Source of the DNA: the human T2T-CHM13v2.0 reference genome, Homo sapiens
Strand: one strand, 5' to 3'
Length of the DNA: 64,000 bases
Assembly (NCBI RefSeq): GCF_009914755.1
Contig: NC_060926.1
Below, piece by piece: positions 59,456 through 64,000 of this stretch; position 1 is the first letter of the stretch; each line of letters starts with the position of its first letter. The position numbers and the translations under genes were made by a program. The notes under the pieces were generated by a model that had not been told where the DNA came from, ran no database searches, and worked only from the letters and a program-made list of their open reading frames with translations.

Positions 59456-60491
59456 CTGAGGAAAAGAAAGCCAAAGTTCAAAGTGAATTTCCTAAACATC
59501 AGATGCTCTGAAAGTGCTGCCTTATGTTGGTTCACACCATGCCTAGAGCCGTCTTCAGTCCTGTTTTGTGCTGTTACACATGAGGCACCTTTTGCAGATT
59601 GGAATGCAACAAAGACCGGAAGAGCCCCTTGAATTCCCCTAGTCCTCTCGGAAGAGTAGAGACTCCTATAGAGTCAATCGGATTGATTTTAACCTTTTCA
59701 AAAACCCATGTGGATGCTATATTTCTCTTTAAAGGAGGATAATTATTTAATTATCTTCATGAATGCCCATGACACTTTGCACATCTGTGAATGGCCACTC
59801 TTTCCTCTCTAAATCTGGAGATGAGTTTAATGCCTTTTCAAACCATTAAATGTATTGGTTTTGACATTAGATAAATGCAATAACATAGCACATGTTCAGA
59901 GGGAAATTAATTATACAAGTATTTATTGAAAACTGATCATTGGCTAAAATCTATGGGATGGATGAAACACAATGAAAAAGAAGGAGGAGGAAGTAATCAT
60001 GTAGATAGGGTTGCAGCAGATGGCCAGGCATGGACTGGGGAGATGAGAGCAGAGAGGCAGGAGGCAGCCTGGGTGCTAAGCCCTTTTCCTGCTCACAACC
60101 CTGTGTACATGACCTAGGCTCTACTGGTTGCCTCATTTGTGGGTATAGAAACTGGTGTGGAGAGAAATGGAGAGCTTGCTGCAAGTTGTGCTAGTCAATT
60201 TACTGTCTCGCCCCAGGGCTGTTACACCTAAGCTAGACAGTGTGTAGGCTCTGCTTGTAGATGATCTTGTGAGGTATACTATAGAATCAGGATGTTAACT
60301 TTAGGCAAAAAGGTGTGAGTTTTAAACAAAAGAATGTGACATCTAGATAATTCTAATGGCACTGTGAGCTGCACAGTGGGGTACTGGTGCAGGCATGGGA
60401 GTGGGGAAACGGATGAAGGCCCATGAAATCATTGCTCTGAAGGAAGAATCTATGTAACCCTCTTGAGAGATTCAACATACAAATGAACACT

Positions 60492-60995
60492 TGTCAGATC
60501 ATGTATACAAATAGAACTCTGACCCATAATCTGCAGCAATCTGCCCAGGAAACAAACCTATTATCTACAACAACCAGCCCAGGAACCAGCCTGCTATCCT
60601 TAAGTCAGAAGTTCAGGCAGTCAGACCGCTATCTCTAGCAATAATCCTCAAAGCAGAACAGTAACCCCTGGAACAACCAGCTCCAAATAATTAAAAGCTT
60701 CCTAATTTCCCACCCATCCTCATCCCCCACCCACTTCCAAGTTAGGACCAGCTAGAGAAACCCAAACATGCCCCCCTAAGCATCACATAGGAGTCCAGGC
60801 TTCTAGTTAGCCTCCTCCAGCTCCCCCACACCAACAGCCTCTTCCCTGCTTTCTACCACGAAGCTTTCCCAGCCCTCTGGCTGCCTTTGGGTCTCTGTCA
60901 AACTCAAGTGCTGGTGGTCAGCTCCCTTGCTATGACAATCTCTGGATAAATAGCATTTGCTTGATCTCATTTGGATAGTCTTCCTTTATTTCCAC
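60492..60995 (+). mobile_element. MER34/MER39-family ERV1 LTR
   Basis: tagaactctgaccc...cagcccaggaaccagcctgct...tttatttccaca. Confidence 0.7.
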
Positions 60996-61029
60996 ATTTG
61001 TCTCCTGAAATACACAAGTCTATTAATGG

Positions 61030-61190
61030 AGATTGTCTATCCAACATTTAAAATGAGTAAACTAAAGCTCAGAGAAGCAAAGTTAACCTTGACCTCCAGT
61101 GCAAGGTCATGGAGCAGGTCAGAGGGAGAATTTAAATCTAAGTCAGACTGATACCCAAACCTATGCATTTAGTCACTCCGATGTCACTAT
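61030..61190 (-). mobile_element. MIR fragment
   Basis: aaatgagtaaactaaagctcagagaag...caaggtca...gaatttaaatctaagtc. Confidence 0.65.
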
Positions 61191-62486
61191 CTCTTCATTT
61201 TTAGAATCGAAGAAAGGAGCTTCAGAGTTAGAAATTTGACTTTGAGAATTACTTCTGCAATGTTAACATTAGCTAACACTGTATCCTAGCCCATGGCTGG
61301 CATCTGATAATATTTTTATAAGTAAAATGACATTTGCATGGCTAATGGCCTCTTTTTAGAATGATGTGGAAGGTGAAGATCCCTTGTGTCCACAGTTGGT
61401 TTGTATGAGAAAACCTTGTCAGCCCTTCCCCTCTGCCATTCCTAGCTTTAGAAAACTTGAGGGATCTGTCCACCTAGCTGGTTGTGGATTTTTTAAATAC
61501 TAAAATTGGAATATGATGATTGTATCTTGTGTCTGCTGATGAATTTGTGAGATTCAAATGACCTCATATATGTGAAAGCACTTTGTCAACTGTAAACTGC
61601 AGTATTAATCTAAGATATACTCAAAATAGTTACTAGAACTAATGTTTGACTTTGAAAGATTGTAAAAGAGGCATCAAATCTTAAAAGTGTTTTCAAGTAC
61701 CTACAGCTCAATCATCCAATCTGCAAACAGCCACATACATCCCATATGGAATGACACAACATCAGTCTCATGGTCCCAAGTGGAATGTGAACTGCCAAGA
61801 AAGCTGAGTAAGGGCCTGTCTCTGCTACATACAATAGTGAGGGCTTTGGTGTCTGGTCTTTCTGAGCAGTGTTTTCCTTATCTCCTAGGTTGACAGGATC
61901 ATCTCTGTCCAGCCTTCCTGGCGGGTCCTCTAGTGCATTTCCAAAGAGCTAATTCATAAGGAAGTGTTCTGTTAACTGTGAATGCCTACATAAATGCAAA
62001 GTACCACAATGTTGAATTTGAAAAGTGCTATTTAAGTGCCACTTATTATTACAGTGGTTATTGTTATAGTTGAAGAGTATAATGGATTTCAGCAACTAAT
62101 GGTATGGATATATAATCTTTTACCACCACAAAACCTCCCTCGATGTTTTACTTTAATAACTATACTCCCTTTCATCTGTAGCTATATACTGATGTAATTA
62201 ACCTTCCCTAGATTATGTGTTTTGCTTTTAATTCTAGATACACAACTTAGAATTATTTTGTTGTACTTACCCCTATAAATAGGCCCTATATCACTTCTAA
62301 ATTACATAGCATTAGGGAGCATGCTACCAGGAGTACCACACTTATTATTTTCCATAAATATATTATGTATGACAATATCTTCCTACATGTGCAGCTTTAG
62401 TTATGACTTAGTGGATATAAATTATTTTGTAAAAAATTGTCAATCATTAGATTAGGAAAGATAAATAGTTAAAGAAAAAGTGCTGC

Positions 62487-62868
<382 letters not shown>

Positions 62869-63099
62869 CTAGAAGAATTTAATAATATTTTATCTATTAT
62901 CTGGTATGTTCATTTCTCACCACAAGGTATCATCCATATTCCCTGATGTTTCTCAAAATAAGTGTTTAGTCTCTTTGAAGCTTTATTTACTGTTTTATAC
63001 AAACAGCAAGAGACAAAGGTATGAGAATTGTACTTCAGGCTACACACTGCCCTTCCTTCCTAAAAATCACATTATTCATCATTAATTCATTTATTATTC

Positions 63100-63430
63100 A
63101 ACCAAGAATGATTTCCCAGGGACCACCATTTGCCAGCGATTTTAGGGCTGCTGTGGCTGCAAATGACAGGCACTCGACCTATCAGAATTTCTCTCTGCCC
63201 AGCAGCATCATTACAGAAGCACCCCAGGTGGCTGGATCTTGGCTCTCTTTAACTCCTCGGCTTTATATTTTATTATTCTGGTCCCTGGGGGAAAGACTTC
63301 AATTTTACTGCCCAGTTCCATGTCCGCAAATTCAGGGGAAGGTTCTCATTGGCCCAGTTTAACAAAATTACCTATCTCTGGATCGATCAGCTGGGACCAG
63401 GGAATCAGGCCAATGTAGAATGGCATAGCG
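63100..63430. mobile_element. MLT1J-like LTR fragment
   Basis: caggggaaggttctcattggcccagttt...ctctggatcgatcagctg. Confidence 0.45.
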
Positions 63431-64000
63431 ATTTTAATTTAACTGTAAGAATAGGGGGTGAGGTGGGGGTCATGGCTACAAAGTCCTGATGAAAAAGGTC
63501 ATGGTCAGTTGATCTTTAGGATTGCTGTCATTCACACAGTATCTTGCACAGAATCTAAGTTTATTCACTGACAGAATTTATTTTTATTTGGAAAGTTCCC
63601 CAATTACTTAATGTATAAAGCTATGAAAAATTGTGTGAAGGAGTGATTCTGTTGCTTTAGTTAGTGCCTCTTATGTGAGGTATGAGCTCATTCATTCTGG
63701 CAATAGCCCTGCTATCCTTGTTTTATAATGGAGAGGGCTGCAGCTCTGAGATGAGAGGAAACCAGCTCATCTAGGGGCCAGGACCCAAACCACAAACTGC
63801 ACAGGAGTAAAGCCTGTGCAGAGTCACCATTTAATTTAAAAAAAAAACATTTCAGAATATATTTTCTTAATTCAGATCCAACTTTCTTCATAATGTCAAT
63901 AGCTCAGGGTTTTTAGAGTTAATCTGACGTATTTGTTCAGCCCACAGTGACCATTAGAAACAGATGGAACTTGCCTTATTTTTTCCAGCACTTCTTTCTG

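Overview
Human/primate genomic DNA: AT-rich, Alu/L1-rich, with an AluYa5-like insertion. No intact protein-coding gene, RNA gene or CRISPR array is supported. Bases 1-29 kb are almost entirely nested transposable elements: a near full-length L1MC1 interrupted by AluY, a full-length Hsmar1, a MADE1 and a near full-length L1PA13-like element, followed by older L1M pieces, Tigger, MER30 and Alus. From about 29.7 to 59.5 kb, the minus strand carries about 24 exon-like segments, mostly with canonical AG/GT splice sites. Their hand translations are broken by stops and frameshifts but match GREB1/GREB1L motifs in the same order, covering the SF2 helicase-like region and the C-terminal glycosyltransferase-like region. 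The best interpretation is an ancient, intron-containing pseudogene of a divergent third GREB1-family paralog. The GREB1 comparisons and repeat subfamily names come from memory and need database confirmation.
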